DNA of 64,000 nt from Frischella perrara (GTDB taxonomy: Bacteria; Pseudomonadota; Gammaproteobacteria; Enterobacterales; Orbaceae): NCBI RefSeq assembly GCF_000807275.1, contig NZ_CP009056.1, forward strand, positions 991,192 to 1,055,191. The letters run 5' to 3'. Shown here in pieces: positions 9,375 to 19,336 of this stretch (positions within the stretch are counted from its first letter, which is position 1; each line of letters starts with the position of its first letter). Position numbers and translations under genes: made by a program. Below the pieces are notes generated by a model, which did not search any database, was not told the DNA's origin, and saw only the letters and a list, made by a program, of their open reading frames with translations.

Positions 9375-11219
9375 TTAATGTTCATAAAAGTATTTCATAT
9401 TGTTTAATGCTTGATGAATGTATTGATAATTAGGTGTTTCACTTACCAATTTGTTGTGTTCATCCATATATTGTCCCATGCCGATGCTATTAACCATATA
9501 GATATTGGTCGGTGTTTTAACTGCATAGGTGCTATAATTTGACATCAATAACCAATGGCGATCATTAATAGGCTGAATTAGATCGTATCCAGTAGAATAA
9601 TCATGAGTATCATTTGAAACTGATAGATAATGTTTCATTAAAGTTGGTACAATATCTTCATGACTGGTTAATACATTCCTATTTGCATTGTCGGCTAATT
9701 GTTTTTCATTATCACCTTTAGCACCAACAAAAATGAAAGGTACTTTGGTTTGTGCATCAGTATAATTTCCATTATGCCCCCAAAAACCCATGCGGTTATC
9801 ATTCATTTCTTGAGAATGATCACCTGTAATAATGATAAGCGTATTATTTAATGTTCCAGATTGCTCCAATTCAGCGTAGACCTGTTTTAATAAGTAATCA
9901 ACTGAATAAACACTCATTTTATAACGATTAAAAATTGGCGTTGGATCAGTATTATTATTTAAACTTAAGTAGTTTATATCACTTACCGGTTGATATTTAA
10001 GTTCTAAATTATCTAAAAATTCATAAGCATGTGGTTGATCATAAAACAGAAATGAAAAAGTCGGGCGTGTAACATCCCGTTTTTTAAACCATTCTAACCA
10101 ATCTTTTGTCAGATTCTTGTCTCTCTCAGCACTTGATTTGCCTTCACTGTTAATGCGTAAATTTTCAATGGTAACAAATGCCGTTCTATCAAATTCTGGT
10201 GCAGAGATTTTTGCTGATGAAAATATGCCAATATTATAATTTTCTTTCTGGAGTGTCGTGACAAATAGAGAAGGAATACTATTATTGAAAAAACTCTGCC
10301 AATAAGTACCAGGTATGCCATAAAATAGACCAAATATACCTGTCCGTGTAGCATTACCTGTAGAATAATGATTATCAAAAATGATTCCATTATGTTGTTT
10401 TACAAATTCATAAGTATTTGGAGTATTGTCTTCATTAAATGTGTCATAACGCCACGAATCTAATACAATAAAAATAATATTGGTAGGATTATCATTTTTC
10501 GAAATAGTTAAAGGTTGTTTTGGATATTTTACATTACTTTCAAAGTTAACTTTGGTACGAATATTTTTTTGTAATCCATCTTTATCAAAGATCCCCATAA
10601 TTTTTTTAGATGTTAAGGGGTAATATTGTGGAATATATTCTCTAACGATTACAACAGGTGAATAAGCGTAATAAGCTGCAATCATATAACCAATATTACT
10701 GATTAATAAACTAAATGTAATGAAAATAAAAGGGTATTTTAGCCCCTTTATCTGGTTTTTTTTGATTTTTAAATATTTATCAATTAAGCAAAGTAAAATA
10801 AATTCAATTAAGAAAACCGAGAGCACTAAAACAATCATTAATAGATACGTTGCCATTGAAAAATCAACAACTTGACCAGATAGAACTAGAGATAGAACCG
10901 ATTGATTTATGTGGAATCGATATTGTTCAAAAGTAACAGTATCAATATAGATCAAGATTAAAGAGCTACCAAATATTATAGCTAAGCCAATATTTTGTAT
11001 AAAACGCGGAACCCATTTAATATTAATGAATAAAAGTGTACAGATGAAAGATAATACTAGATAAAAAATGAAAGCCTGACATGGAAGCGCTAAACAAATA
11101 AATATAATACTTATTAGATTGAAAGAAGCGCCGGGAACGAGAAAATATTTGATAGCTACTAACGATGCTAATAGCACATTTGTAAAAAGAAAAATAAAAA
11201 TTTTTTTCATCAGACTCAC
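9375..11219 (-). CDS. YejM/PbgA/LapC-like inner membrane protein (N-terminal five-helix membrane domain plus periplasmic sulfatase-like domain)
   Basis: 614 aa. N-terminal multi-TM region. IVLDSWRYD and HYSTGNATRTGIFGLFYGIPGTYW align with E. coli YejM ...SSGNTTDNGIFGLFYGISPSYM. Confidence 0.65.
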   Translation of the reverse strand: MSLMKKIFIFLFTNVLLASLVAIKYFLVPGASFNLISIIFICLALPCQAFIFYLVLSFICTLLFINIKWVPRFIQNIGLAIIFGSSLILIYIDTVTFEQYRFHINQSVLSLVLSGQVVDFSMATYLLMIVLVLSVFLIEFILLCLIDKYLKIKKNQIKGLKYPFIFITFSLLISNIGYMIAAYYAYSPVVIVREYIPQYYPLTSKKIMGIFDKDGLQKNIRTKVNFESNVKYPKQPLTISKNDNPTNIIFIVLDSWRYDTFNEDNTPNTYEFVKQHNGIIFDNHYSTGNATRTGIFGLFYGIPGTYWQSFFNNSIPSLFVTTLQKENYNIGIFSSAKISAPEFDRTAFVTIENLRINSEGKSSAERDKNLTKDWLEWFKKRDVTRPTFSFLFYDQPHAYEFLDNLELKYQPVSDINYLSLNNNTDPTPIFNRYKMSVYSVDYLLKQVYAELEQSGTLNNTLIIITGDHSQEMNDNRMGFWGHNGNYTDAQTKVPFIFVGAKGDNEKQLADNANRNVLTSHEDIVPTLMKHYLSVSNDTHDYSTGYDLIQPINDRHWLLMSNYSTYAVKTPTNIYMVNSIGMGQYMDEHNKLVSETPNYQYIHQALNNMKYFYEH

Positions 11220-11349
11220 TTAATTATTTTAAATATATTGATTTTTTTCTAAAAAAAGGAAGCCTCATTTTAGCTGAAATTCATTTAATAAACATTATCG
11301 ATATAAGCTAATATTTAATAATGAATACGTTATTATAATTAATAAATAC

Positions 11350-11386
11350 AAAGAAAAAAGCCCAATTAAAAAAGGTATTGGGCAGA
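11350..11386 (-). terminator. Minus-strand intrinsic-terminator-like hairpin with no obvious upstream minus-strand gene
   Basis: gcccaat-N10-attgggc stem. On the minus strand it is followed by ttttttctttg. Sits between the yejM-like start and the yoaA start. Confidence 0.3.
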
Positions 11387-11623
11387 AATGATGAAAAAAA
11401 GGAATAATCATATTCCAGATATTATTCTAATGAATTGATATTATTTAGATAATTGATTATTCATATCTTTGTGATAGGAGAATAATTGAACTAAAGATAA
11501 TGAATATTTGATATTTAATAACATTTTTAAGAAAAATATGACTATTCCCAAATTATAGTTGTTTTCCATTTAGTCTATAATCATGCATAATAGTTATTAG
11601 GTTTTTATAAGGTTGATTTATTA

Positions 11624-13543
11624 GTGATCGATGATTTTGCTCCAGATGGGTTACTGGCTAAGACATTAAAAGATTTTGTTCCACGTGAACAACAACAAAA
11701 AATGGCGACAGAAATTCGTCAAGCTATTTTGGATGAGAAAAATTTAATTATAGAAGCGGGAACCGGAACCGGTAAAACATTTGCTTATTTGGTTCCTGCT
11801 TTTCGTAGTAATAAAAAAGTAATAATATCAACGGGATCTAAGAATCTACAAGATCAGCTTTACACAAAAGACATACCAATTATTAAAAAGGCACTCAATT
11901 TTACCGGAAAATTAGCTTTACTAAAAGGAAGAGCTAATTATCTATGTTTACAAAGATTAGAACATCATTTTGCAGCACCTGGAGAATTGACTAAATCACA
12001 GCAGGTGGATTTAGTTCGTGTAAAACAATGGTCTACGAAAACCAGTGATGGTGATACCAGTAAATGTACAACTGTAACTGAAAATAATCCTATTTGGTCA
12101 ATTTTAACGAGTACAAATGATAGCTGTTTAGGTAGTGAATGTCCTAATTATGAAGATTGTTATGTGGTTAAGGCTAGACGGAAAGCACTTAATGCAGATA
12201 TCGTAGTGGTAAATCATCATTTATTTTTGGCGGACATTATCGTAAAAAATACCGGATTTGGTGAATTGATACCGAAAGCTGATATTCTTATTTTTGATGA
12301 AGCACATCAGTTGCCCGATCTTGCTTGTCAATACTTTGGTCAGAATCTGACTAGTCGTAAATTACTCGATTTAGCAAAAGAAATAATGCTCTGTTATCGT
12401 ACTGAGGTAAAAGATTTTGTTCAATTGCAAAAATGTGCAGATAAATTACAAAAATGTACGCAAGATTTAAGAATTGCTATTGGTAATATTAGCCAAAAAG
12501 GTAATTTACGTAATTTAATAAGTCACCAACAAATAAAGAAAGAAATTGAATACTTACAAGAATCTCTTAACTTTTGCTATGAAGTTATTGTATTAGCTAT
12601 TGGACGTTCCTCAACATTAGATAATTGTTTTGATCGTGTTATTCAATATCAAGAATTGCTTGCTCGATTGCTCAATGTTACGGTGACAGGATTTAGTTAC
12701 TCATATGAATGTATCGGTAATCATTTTATTTTAGCAATCACACCATTATCAATTGCCGATAAATTCAAAGATTTAATAAATGAACGTGGGGGCAGTTGGA
12801 TTTTTACATCAGCAACTTTATCAGTTAACTCAAAACTGGATTATTTTAGTCAGCGGTTAGGTCTTGATGATGCCGCGTCCTTAATATTGGATAGCCCTTT
12901 TGATTATGTCAGTCAGACATTATTTTGTGTGCCACGTTATATTCCTTCACCAAATCAAAGAAATGTTGCTCAACAATTAGTTAGTATTCTTTTACCTACT
13001 ATAGAAGCCAATCAAGGGCGTTGCTTTTTTTTATGTACATCTCATTCTATGATGAATGAATTAGCTAAATTATTTCGCGAAAATACGGCATTACCTATTT
13101 TAGTTCAAGGCGAAACAAGTAAAACTCAATTATTAGAACAGTTTGTTAATTATGGTAATGCATTATTAATTGCGACCGGTAGCTTTTGGGAAGGGGTAGA
13201 TGTACGAGGAGATATTCTATCATGTGTTATTATTGATAAATTACCATTTACATCTCCGGATGATCCTTTTATGAAAGCTCGAATTGAAGATTGTGTTATG
13301 CGAGGGGGCGATCCCTTTAACGATATCCAAATACCTGAAGCTGTCATCACTTTAAAGCAAGGGGTAGGTCGATTAATTCGCCACCATCAAGATCATGGTG
13401 CAATTATTATTTGTGATAATCGTTTAGTTATGCGCCCTTATGGTGCTATATTTTTAAATAGTTTACCACCGTCACCTCGGACAAGAGATCTAAAAAAAGT
13501 CATCAACTTTTTAGAAACGTCCAAAAATAAATCTGTTTATTAA
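11624..13543 (+). CDS. yoaA: ATP-dependent DNA helicase YoaA (DinG family)
   Basis: 639 aa, GTG start. Walker A AGTGTGKT, DEAH box FDEAHQL, and the Fe-S cysteine cluster region C..C..C..C. Confidence 0.85.
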   Translation: MIDDFAPDGLLAKTLKDFVPREQQQKMATEIRQAILDEKNLIIEAGTGTGKTFAYLVPAFRSNKKVIISTGSKNLQDQLYTKDIPIIKKALNFTGKLALLKGRANYLCLQRLEHHFAAPGELTKSQQVDLVRVKQWSTKTSDGDTSKCTTVTENNPIWSILTSTNDSCLGSECPNYEDCYVVKARRKALNADIVVVNHHLFLADIIVKNTGFGELIPKADILIFDEAHQLPDLACQYFGQNLTSRKLLDLAKEIMLCYRTEVKDFVQLQKCADKLQKCTQDLRIAIGNISQKGNLRNLISHQQIKKEIEYLQESLNFCYEVIVLAIGRSSTLDNCFDRVIQYQELLARLLNVTVTGFSYSYECIGNHFILAITPLSIADKFKDLINERGGSWIFTSATLSVNSKLDYFSQRLGLDDAASLILDSPFDYVSQTLFCVPRYIPSPNQRNVAQQLVSILLPTIEANQGRCFFLCTSHSMMNELAKLFRENTALPILVQGETSKTQLLEQFVNYGNALLIATGSFWEGVDVRGDILSCVIIDKLPFTSPDDPFMKARIEDCVMRGGDPFNDIQIPEAVITLKQGVGRLIRHHQDHGAIIICDNRLVMRPYGAIFLNSLPPSPRTRDLKKVINFLETSKNKSVY

Positions 13544-13568
13544 TTTAACCTAGAATAAGAGATATGTA

Positions 13569-14258
13569 ATGAGTCCTAATATTTTAGCCATTGATACATC
13601 AACCGAAGCTTGTTCAGTAGCTTTACAATTTAATAATCAAGTTAGCAGTGATTTTGTTATTTCAAACCGCGATCATACTAAACAAGTTTTACCAATGGTT
13701 GATACGTTATTGAAACGTTCTGAATGTAATCTAAGTCAAATAGATGCTATTGCTTTTGGTCAAGGTCCCGGCAGTTTTACTGGGGTAAGAATAGGTATTG
13801 GTGTGGCACAAGGTTTAGCATTTGGTATTGGCGTACCTATGATCGGAGTATCTAATTTAATGACTTTAGCTCAAGGTGCCTATCGTAAAACACACATAAA
13901 AACAGTTGTAGCTGCAATTGATGCAAGAATGTCAGAAATATATCTAGGTGTTTATCAATATAATAATGATGTTTGGCAAGCAATGATCAATGAGTGTGTA
14001 ATAAAACCCGATCAAGTTAGTGAAAAATTAGCGCATTTATCTTTAACAGATTGTGTTTGCTCCGGTACTGGATGGCAGACATATCCAAATATGCTCAAAG
14101 GGATTATGCAAAGTGATCATCATTTACCAGAAGCTCAAGATATGTTGAAGATAGCTGAAAATTTATTTAATCATGGACAAACCATCAATCCAGAAGATGC
14201 TCAAGCTAGTTATTTACGAAATGAAGTGACATGGAAAAAATTACCGGGGCGAAATTAA
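13569..14258 (+). CDS. tsaB: tRNA threonylcarbamoyladenosine biosynthesis protein TsaB (YeaZ)
   Basis: 229 aa. ILAIDTSTEACSVAL start and GPGSFTGVRIGIGVAQGLA motif. Conserved yoaA-tsaB synteny. Confidence 0.85.
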   Translation: MSPNILAIDTSTEACSVALQFNNQVSSDFVISNRDHTKQVLPMVDTLLKRSECNLSQIDAIAFGQGPGSFTGVRIGIGVAQGLAFGIGVPMIGVSNLMTLAQGAYRKTHIKTVVAAIDARMSEIYLGVYQYNNDVWQAMINECVIKPDQVSEKLAHLSLTDCVCSGTGWQTYPNMLKGIMQSDHHLPEAQDMLKIAENLFNHGQTINPEDAQASYLRNEVTWKKLPGRN

Positions 14259-14282
14259 AAAGGGACTAAACATCCCTTTTTG
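14256..14282. terminator. Bidirectional intrinsic terminator shared by tsaB (+) and grxA (-)
   Basis: aaaaagggac-taaaca-tccctttttgg: hairpin flanked by an A-run upstream and a T-run downstream. Confidence 0.6.
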
Positions 14283-14307
14283 GATTAATTAAAATTATAA
14301 TAATGAA

Positions 14308-14571
14308 TTATTGAAATAATCCAAGGTGTTCTTTAGCATAAGCTTCAAAATCAGTACATCCACCAATAGGTTTTTCATCAATGAAAATTTGTGGTACTGT
14401 TTCAACAGGTTTACCAACACTTTTGGATAAATCTTCTTTAGTGATTCCTTCAGCTTGAATATCGACATAGCGATAGGAAAAGTCATCACGTTCTTGAGAC
14501 AATTTTTCAGCTAATTCTTTAGCTCTTACACAATAAGGACAACCTGGTCGACCAAAAATAACTACGTACAT
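14308..14571 (-). CDS. grxA: Glutaredoxin 1
   Basis: 87 aa. CPYC active site (GRPGCPYCVRAKEL), TVPQIFI, GGCTDF. Confidence 0.85.
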   Translation of the reverse strand: MYVVIFGRPGCPYCVRAKELAEKLSQERDDFSYRYVDIQAEGITKEDLSKSVGKPVETVPQIFIDEKPIGGCTDFEAYAKEHLGLFQ

Positions 14572-14992
14572 TAAAAACCCCTTTATGTTATCAATATATT
14601 CTTACTATACTTATATTTTAAAAAAAGTGAAACAGTTAATAGTGGTTAAATAAATAGATATTAACGATTATTTAGTGATTGTGATAACACCAAAACATAA
14701 TAACTAATCATTTTTATTCCTAATGATTTGAACTTCATAACTTAACATTAAATAAACCATGTGTTTAAAATAATTAGATTTTTTATTTCAATATATTATT
14801 GCGTTATCGGTCAGCTTTGATTAGTATAACGAGCAATTTTTATGTCTTGATTCACAGTATTCTAGCTACGATTAACATCAAAAGTTTACAAGTGTGCATC
14901 TTAATTTTAAAGATAATCGTTTTTAACGATTGCATTTTATACGGTCAGTTAAATACTGATCATTATCAGGCATTTTGAAAGTGATATAAATT

Positions 14993-15466
14993 ATGTTAAT
15001 TATTCCCGATATTACAATTATTTCAACATGGCTTAAAAATTTGAATGCTATTTTCCATCTTTCTACCGAAAGAAACACGATAGAGCTTATATATTTGCAA
15101 AAAGTAAATGGTATTTCTAATGCTGATATCAGACTAATTGATGATATTATGACCATATCCATTTATTCGCCTGTTAAACAAATTGCTTTACCTGCATTGT
15201 TTACTGAAATAAGTCAGATAAATAGTGCAACATTTTTAGCTAAGGTTTACCTTGAACTTAGAGATAATGAAAATGCGAGAATTGTATTTTCTTACTCAAT
15301 TTCATTATCTGAAGGAATCACCTTCAATCAGTTTAGTTTATGCCTTTCTCGTTTTGAAGAGGAAGCGTTACAAGTTATTACTGAACTGGATAGTTGCGAT
15401 TTATTGCTCAATTCTTTGGAAACATCAGCTCATTTGACCTTTAATAATCTCAATACCTATCATTAA
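14993..15466 (+). CDS. Probable YbjN-family protein (putative sensory transduction regulator)
   Basis: 157 aa. Size and position match E. coli ybjN (grxA...ybjN-potFGHI synteny). No strong motifs recognised, so the call rests on synteny and length. Confidence 0.4.
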   Translation: MLIIPDITIISTWLKNLNAIFHLSTERNTIELIYLQKVNGISNADIRLIDDIMTISIYSPVKQIALPALFTEISQINSATFLAKVYLELRDNENARIVFSYSISLSEGITFNQFSLCLSRFEEEALQVITELDSCDLLLNSLETSAHLTFNNLNTYH

Positions 15467-15770
15467 TATTTATATCAAATTGTTGTTAATTAATTGTAAA
15501 TTATAACTTTAATTTCCTTTAAATGTATAAAAAGTCATCAATTGTATCATAAATTTCCCATATTCTAAATTAATGGATGAAGTTATAGTGAAATTAGGGT
15601 ATTTTATGTTTCCGTAATGAAGGTTGTAAATCTATTGTAAATATTAACAAAATATTATGATGAACCTAACTTACTCAGTTTTAACCTATATATAGGTTAA
15701 ATAAGGTGTTTTTTGATAATATCATTAAACATGGTGTTTAGCATGTTATTACCCGAAGGGAGTGGTGCGC

Positions 15771-16904
15771 ATGTTTTCTCAACATAAAAAATCACATAGC
15801 AAATCTTTTGTTAAAGTTCTTACACTGATAGCGAGTATTTCCGCAGTTTTATCACCAAGTGCAATTGCCAGTGAGCGAGTTGTTAATATATACAATTGGG
15901 CAGGTCAAATTGGCTCTACCACTATTGGGGATTTCCAAAACGCTACACATATTAAAATTAATTATGATGTATTTGATTCTAATGAAGTATTAGAAGGCAA
16001 ACTCATGGCAGGTCATTCTGGATTTGATGTTGTTTCACCTTCAGACAGTTTTTTAGCTAGACAAATTCAATCAGATATTTATCTCCCTTTAGATAAAAAG
16101 AAATTAACTAATTGGAATAATTTAGATCCCAATCTAATGAAATTAATGCAAACGCATGATCCTGATAATAAATATGCCATTCCCTATGTTTGGATGACTA
16201 CGGGGATTGGATATAATATTGATATGGTCGAAGCTCGCCTAGGTGAAAATGCACCTGTTAATAGTTGGGATTTAGTCTTTAATCCAAAAAACATGGAAAA
16301 ATTACAGGATTGTGGTGTGGCGTTCTTAGATGCACCAACTGAGATTTTTGCTAGTGCCCTCCAATATTTAGGTAAAGATCCTAATAGTACCAATGCTAAG
16401 GACTATACTGGAGAAGCTTATGAATTATTATCCAAGGTTAGACCATACATTCGTTATTTCCATTCTTCACAATATATCAATGATTTAGCTAATGGCGATA
16501 TTTGTGTAATTTTAGGTTGGTCTGGTGATATTTTACAATCACGAGATCGTGCAAACGAAGCCGGTAATGGTGTAAAAATTGGTTATGAAATTCCAAAAGA
16601 GGGAGCTTTAGTATTTTTTGATACTTTTGCTATTCCTAAAGATGCTGAACATGTTGATGAAGCACATCAGTTTTTGAATTTTATTCTAAAACCAGAAGTA
16701 GCTGCTCAAGTTACTAATGACGTTAACTTTGCGAGCGCAAATGGGGTTGCGAATAACCAATTTGTAAAACCTGAAATTAGAAATGATCCAGCTGTTTATC
16801 CACCAGAAGAGGTAATGAGTAAATTATTCACTTTAAAAGTTCAAGAGCCAAAAATTGAACGTATAATTACTCGCACATGGACGAAGATTAAAACTGGCAA
16901 ATGA
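15771..16904 (+). CDS. potF: Putrescine-binding periplasmic protein PotF
   Basis: High colinearity with E. coli PotF (IYNWAGQIG, VFDSNEVLEGKLMAGHSGFD, PYVWMTTGIGYNID, RYFHSSQYINDLANGDICV). Has a signal peptide. The ORF track starts at GTG 15762, but the ATG at 15771 has a better GAAGGGAG ribosome-binding site. Confidence 0.85.
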   Translation: MFSQHKKSHSKSFVKVLTLIASISAVLSPSAIASERVVNIYNWAGQIGSTTIGDFQNATHIKINYDVFDSNEVLEGKLMAGHSGFDVVSPSDSFLARQIQSDIYLPLDKKKLTNWNNLDPNLMKLMQTHDPDNKYAIPYVWMTTGIGYNIDMVEARLGENAPVNSWDLVFNPKNMEKLQDCGVAFLDAPTEIFASALQYLGKDPNSTNAKDYTGEAYELLSKVRPYIRYFHSSQYINDLANGDICVILGWSGDILQSRDRANEAGNGVKIGYEIPKEGALVFFDTFAIPKDAEHVDEAHQFLNFILKPEVAAQVTNDVNFASANGVANNQFVKPEIRNDPAVYPPEEVMSKLFTLKVQEPKIERIITRTWTKIKTGK

Positions 16905-16926
16905 TAGCTCATTTGCTTTGCAAATA

Positions 16927-16966
16927 GGCGGTGGATTCTTGGAATCTTACCGTCTACTTTTTTTTG
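16927..16966 (+). terminator. Intercistronic hairpin plus U-tract between potF and potG (attenuator / partial terminator)
   Basis: ggcggtggattcttggaatcttaccgtc (nested stems) followed by tactttttttttgggg. Confidence 0.5.
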
Positions 16967-16993
16967 GGGCTTGTTGTTATGAGGAAGATGTAG

Positions 16994-18130
16994 ATGAATA
17001 ATGCAACAACAATTCAAGTTCAAATTAAAAAGAAATTGGTTACACCACTTTTAGAAATAAAGAATCTAACCAAGGTTTTTAATGATGACTATTATGCTGT
17101 AGATGATGTAAATCTTACGATTTATGAAGGTGAAATTTTTGCTTTATTAGGTGCTTCGGGAAGTGGTAAATCTACTTTACTTCGCATGTTAGCGGGGTTT
17201 GAACAGCCGACATCAGGGCAAATTATTTTAGATGGTAAAGATTTATCAACTGTCCCACCATATAATAGACCAATTAATATGATGTTCCAATCGTATGCAC
17301 TGTTTCCTCATATGACGGTTGAACAGAATATAGCATTTGGATTAAAGCAAGATAAATTGGATGAAACAGAGATCCATCAACGCGTTAAAGAAATGCTGTC
17401 TTTAGTACATATGGAACAATTTGCTAAACGAAAACCACATCAACTATCAGGTGGGCAACGTCAACGTGTTGCTTTAGCACGAAGTTTAGCAAAAAGACCT
17501 AAGTTACTCCTACTTGATGAACCAATGGGAGCATTAGATAAACAACTTCGCGATCGAATGCAATTAGAAGTTGTATCTATTCTGGAACAAGTTGGCGCAA
17601 CTTGTGTAATGGTAACGCATGATCAAGAAGAAGCGATGACTATGGCTGGTCGTATAGCGATTATGAACAAAGGTCAATTTGTTCAAATCGGCGAACCAGA
17701 AGAGCTTTATGAACATCCTAATAGTCGTTATAGTGCTGAATTCATCGGTTCTGTAAATATTTTTGAGGGTATGTTGCAAGAAACGTTAGAAGATGGATTA
17801 CTGATCAACTGTCCGATGTTAAAGCACCCAATTAAAGTAGATTACGATTCACCTGCTGTTGAAGGTGTGCCTATTATGGTTGCACTAAGACCTGAAAAAA
17901 TTCATTTATGTACCGAAATTCCTGAAGAACGCTACAATTTTGCAGTTGGAGAAGTTGTCGATATAGCTTATTTGGGTGATTTATCAATTTACCATGTTAA
18001 ATTACATAGTGGACAAATTATAATTGCCCAATTACAAAACGAGCATCGTTATCGTAAAGGTATGCCTACTTGGGGTGATGATATGTACCTCAGTTGGGAA
18101 GTAGATAGTTGTGTCGTATTGACTGAATAA
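16994..18130 (+). CDS. potG: Putrescine ABC transporter ATP-binding protein PotG
   Basis: 378 aa. Walker A GASGSGKST, signature LSGGQRQR, Walker B LLLLDEP, and a C-terminal TOBE-like domain. Confidence 0.9.
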   Translation: MNNATTIQVQIKKKLVTPLLEIKNLTKVFNDDYYAVDDVNLTIYEGEIFALLGASGSGKSTLLRMLAGFEQPTSGQIILDGKDLSTVPPYNRPINMMFQSYALFPHMTVEQNIAFGLKQDKLDETEIHQRVKEMLSLVHMEQFAKRKPHQLSGGQRQRVALARSLAKRPKLLLLDEPMGALDKQLRDRMQLEVVSILEQVGATCVMVTHDQEEAMTMAGRIAIMNKGQFVQIGEPEELYEHPNSRYSAEFIGSVNIFEGMLQETLEDGLLINCPMLKHPIKVDYDSPAVEGVPIMVALRPEKIHLCTEIPEERYNFAVGEVVDIAYLGDLSIYHVKLHSGQIIIAQLQNEHRYRKGMPTWGDDMYLSWEVDSCVVLTE

Positions 18131-18155
18131 TCATTTTTTCATCAGGAGATTTTCA

Positions 18156-19334
18156 ATGCGTGCAATTGGAATTAGTTTTCTTCTTAACATATTTGCCATA
18201 TTAGTATGTTTCGGCATTATGGGTAATATAGAGCATAGAACTTTATTTTTAAAGTTTTCAATGACTTTGTTACTCGTTGGTCTCATGGTATCTTCATTAG
18301 GTTTTATTTTACTAAGGTATAAACCGTCAAGACTTGCTTATAGACTAATGATTTTAGGGAGTGTGATTTCATTTCCAACATTACCTGTAGGCGGTGTTTT
18401 AATCTATTTTTGTCATAAAAAATCGATTAATTTACATGACGATTCCGATCTAATGACCGCTTATGGTCGGCTTTTAGTTACCTGTATTCCTTATTTGTGG
18501 ATGCTTTTGTTATTTTTACTGCCATTTTTAATCGTATTTAAAATTAGTTTTGCAGATATGATAAGGGCAATACCACCTTATACTGATTTAATTACTTACG
18601 ATGATGGAATACTAAATATTATTCTTAATTTTGGTAATTATTTTAATTTAGTTGATGATACTATTTATATTGATGCCTATTTACAATCCTTGAAAATTGC
18701 TTGTATTTCAACGTTTTTATGCATTTTAATAGGCTACCCATTGGCGTGGGCTATTAGTCAATGTAAACCATCAACACGTAATATATTATTATTGCTAGTT
18801 ATTTTACCATCCTGGACATCATTTTTAATACGGGTCTATGCTTGGATGGGAATCTTAAAAAATAATGGTTTATTAAATAATTTTCTCATTTGGTTAGGTT
18901 TAATCGATCAACCATTAACGATACTTAATACTAATATTGCTGTGTATATCGGTATCGTTTATTCCTATTTACCTTTTGTCGTATTACCAATTTACACATC
19001 ACTAAGTAAAGTGGATTCTACTTTGATAGAGGCTGCATTAGACTTAGGCTGTAAACCTTTAAAAACATTTTTTCAAATTATCGTGCCACTAACTAAAAGT
19101 GGGATAATAGCAGGTGGAATGTTGGTATTTATTCCAGCCGTAGGTGAATATGTGATTCCGGAATTATTAGGTGGATCAGATACATTAATGATCGGTAAAC
19201 AGCTTTGGTTGGAATTCTTCAATAATCGCGATTGGCCAGCAGCTTCTGCCGTTGCCTCGGTAATGTTATTGATCTTAATTGTTCCTATTTTTTATTTCAA
19301 TAAATTCCAAAATCGCCAAGCAGGAGGTAAATAA
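18156..19334 (+). CDS. potH: Putrescine ABC transporter permease PotH with a ~99-aa extra N-terminal hydrophobic extension
   Basis: Residues ~105-392 are colinear with E. coli PotH (IPYLWMLLLFLLPFLIVFKIS..., SKPSTRNILLLLVILPSWTSFLIRVYAWMGILKNNG). An AGGAG ribosome-binding site 7 nt before ATG 18156 supports the long form. An internal ATG at 18453 would give an E. coli-sized protein. Confidence 0.85.
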   Translation: MRAIGISFLLNIFAILVCFGIMGNIEHRTLFLKFSMTLLLVGLMVSSLGFILLRYKPSRLAYRLMILGSVISFPTLPVGGVLIYFCHKKSINLHDDSDLMTAYGRLLVTCIPYLWMLLLFLLPFLIVFKISFADMIRAIPPYTDLITYDDGILNIILNFGNYFNLVDDTIYIDAYLQSLKIACISTFLCILIGYPLAWAISQCKPSTRNILLLLVILPSWTSFLIRVYAWMGILKNNGLLNNFLIWLGLIDQPLTILNTNIAVYIGIVYSYLPFVVLPIYTSLSKVDSTLIEAALDLGCKPLKTFFQIIVPLTKSGIIAGGMLVFIPAVGEYVIPELLGGSDTLMIGKQLWLEFFNNRDWPAASAVASVMLLILIVPIFYFNKFQNRQAGGK

Positions 19335-19336
19335 AG

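Noticed and set aside
11220-11623. Expected a tRNA (proL-like) next to yejM by analogy with E. coli
   Set aside because: No GC-rich ~75-nt segment with acceptor-stem/T-arm-like symmetry is present. The region is about 25% GC throughout.
14295-14489. 64-aa minus-strand ORF overlapping grxA in another frame
   Set aside because: Entirely within the well-conserved grxA gene. Likely spurious.
18453-18455. Alternative internal ATG start for potH that would give an E. coli-sized protein
   Set aside because: It would leave an unexplained 320-bp gap after potG. The upstream ATG at 18156 has a strong AGGAG ribosome-binding site, so the long form is retained but flagged.
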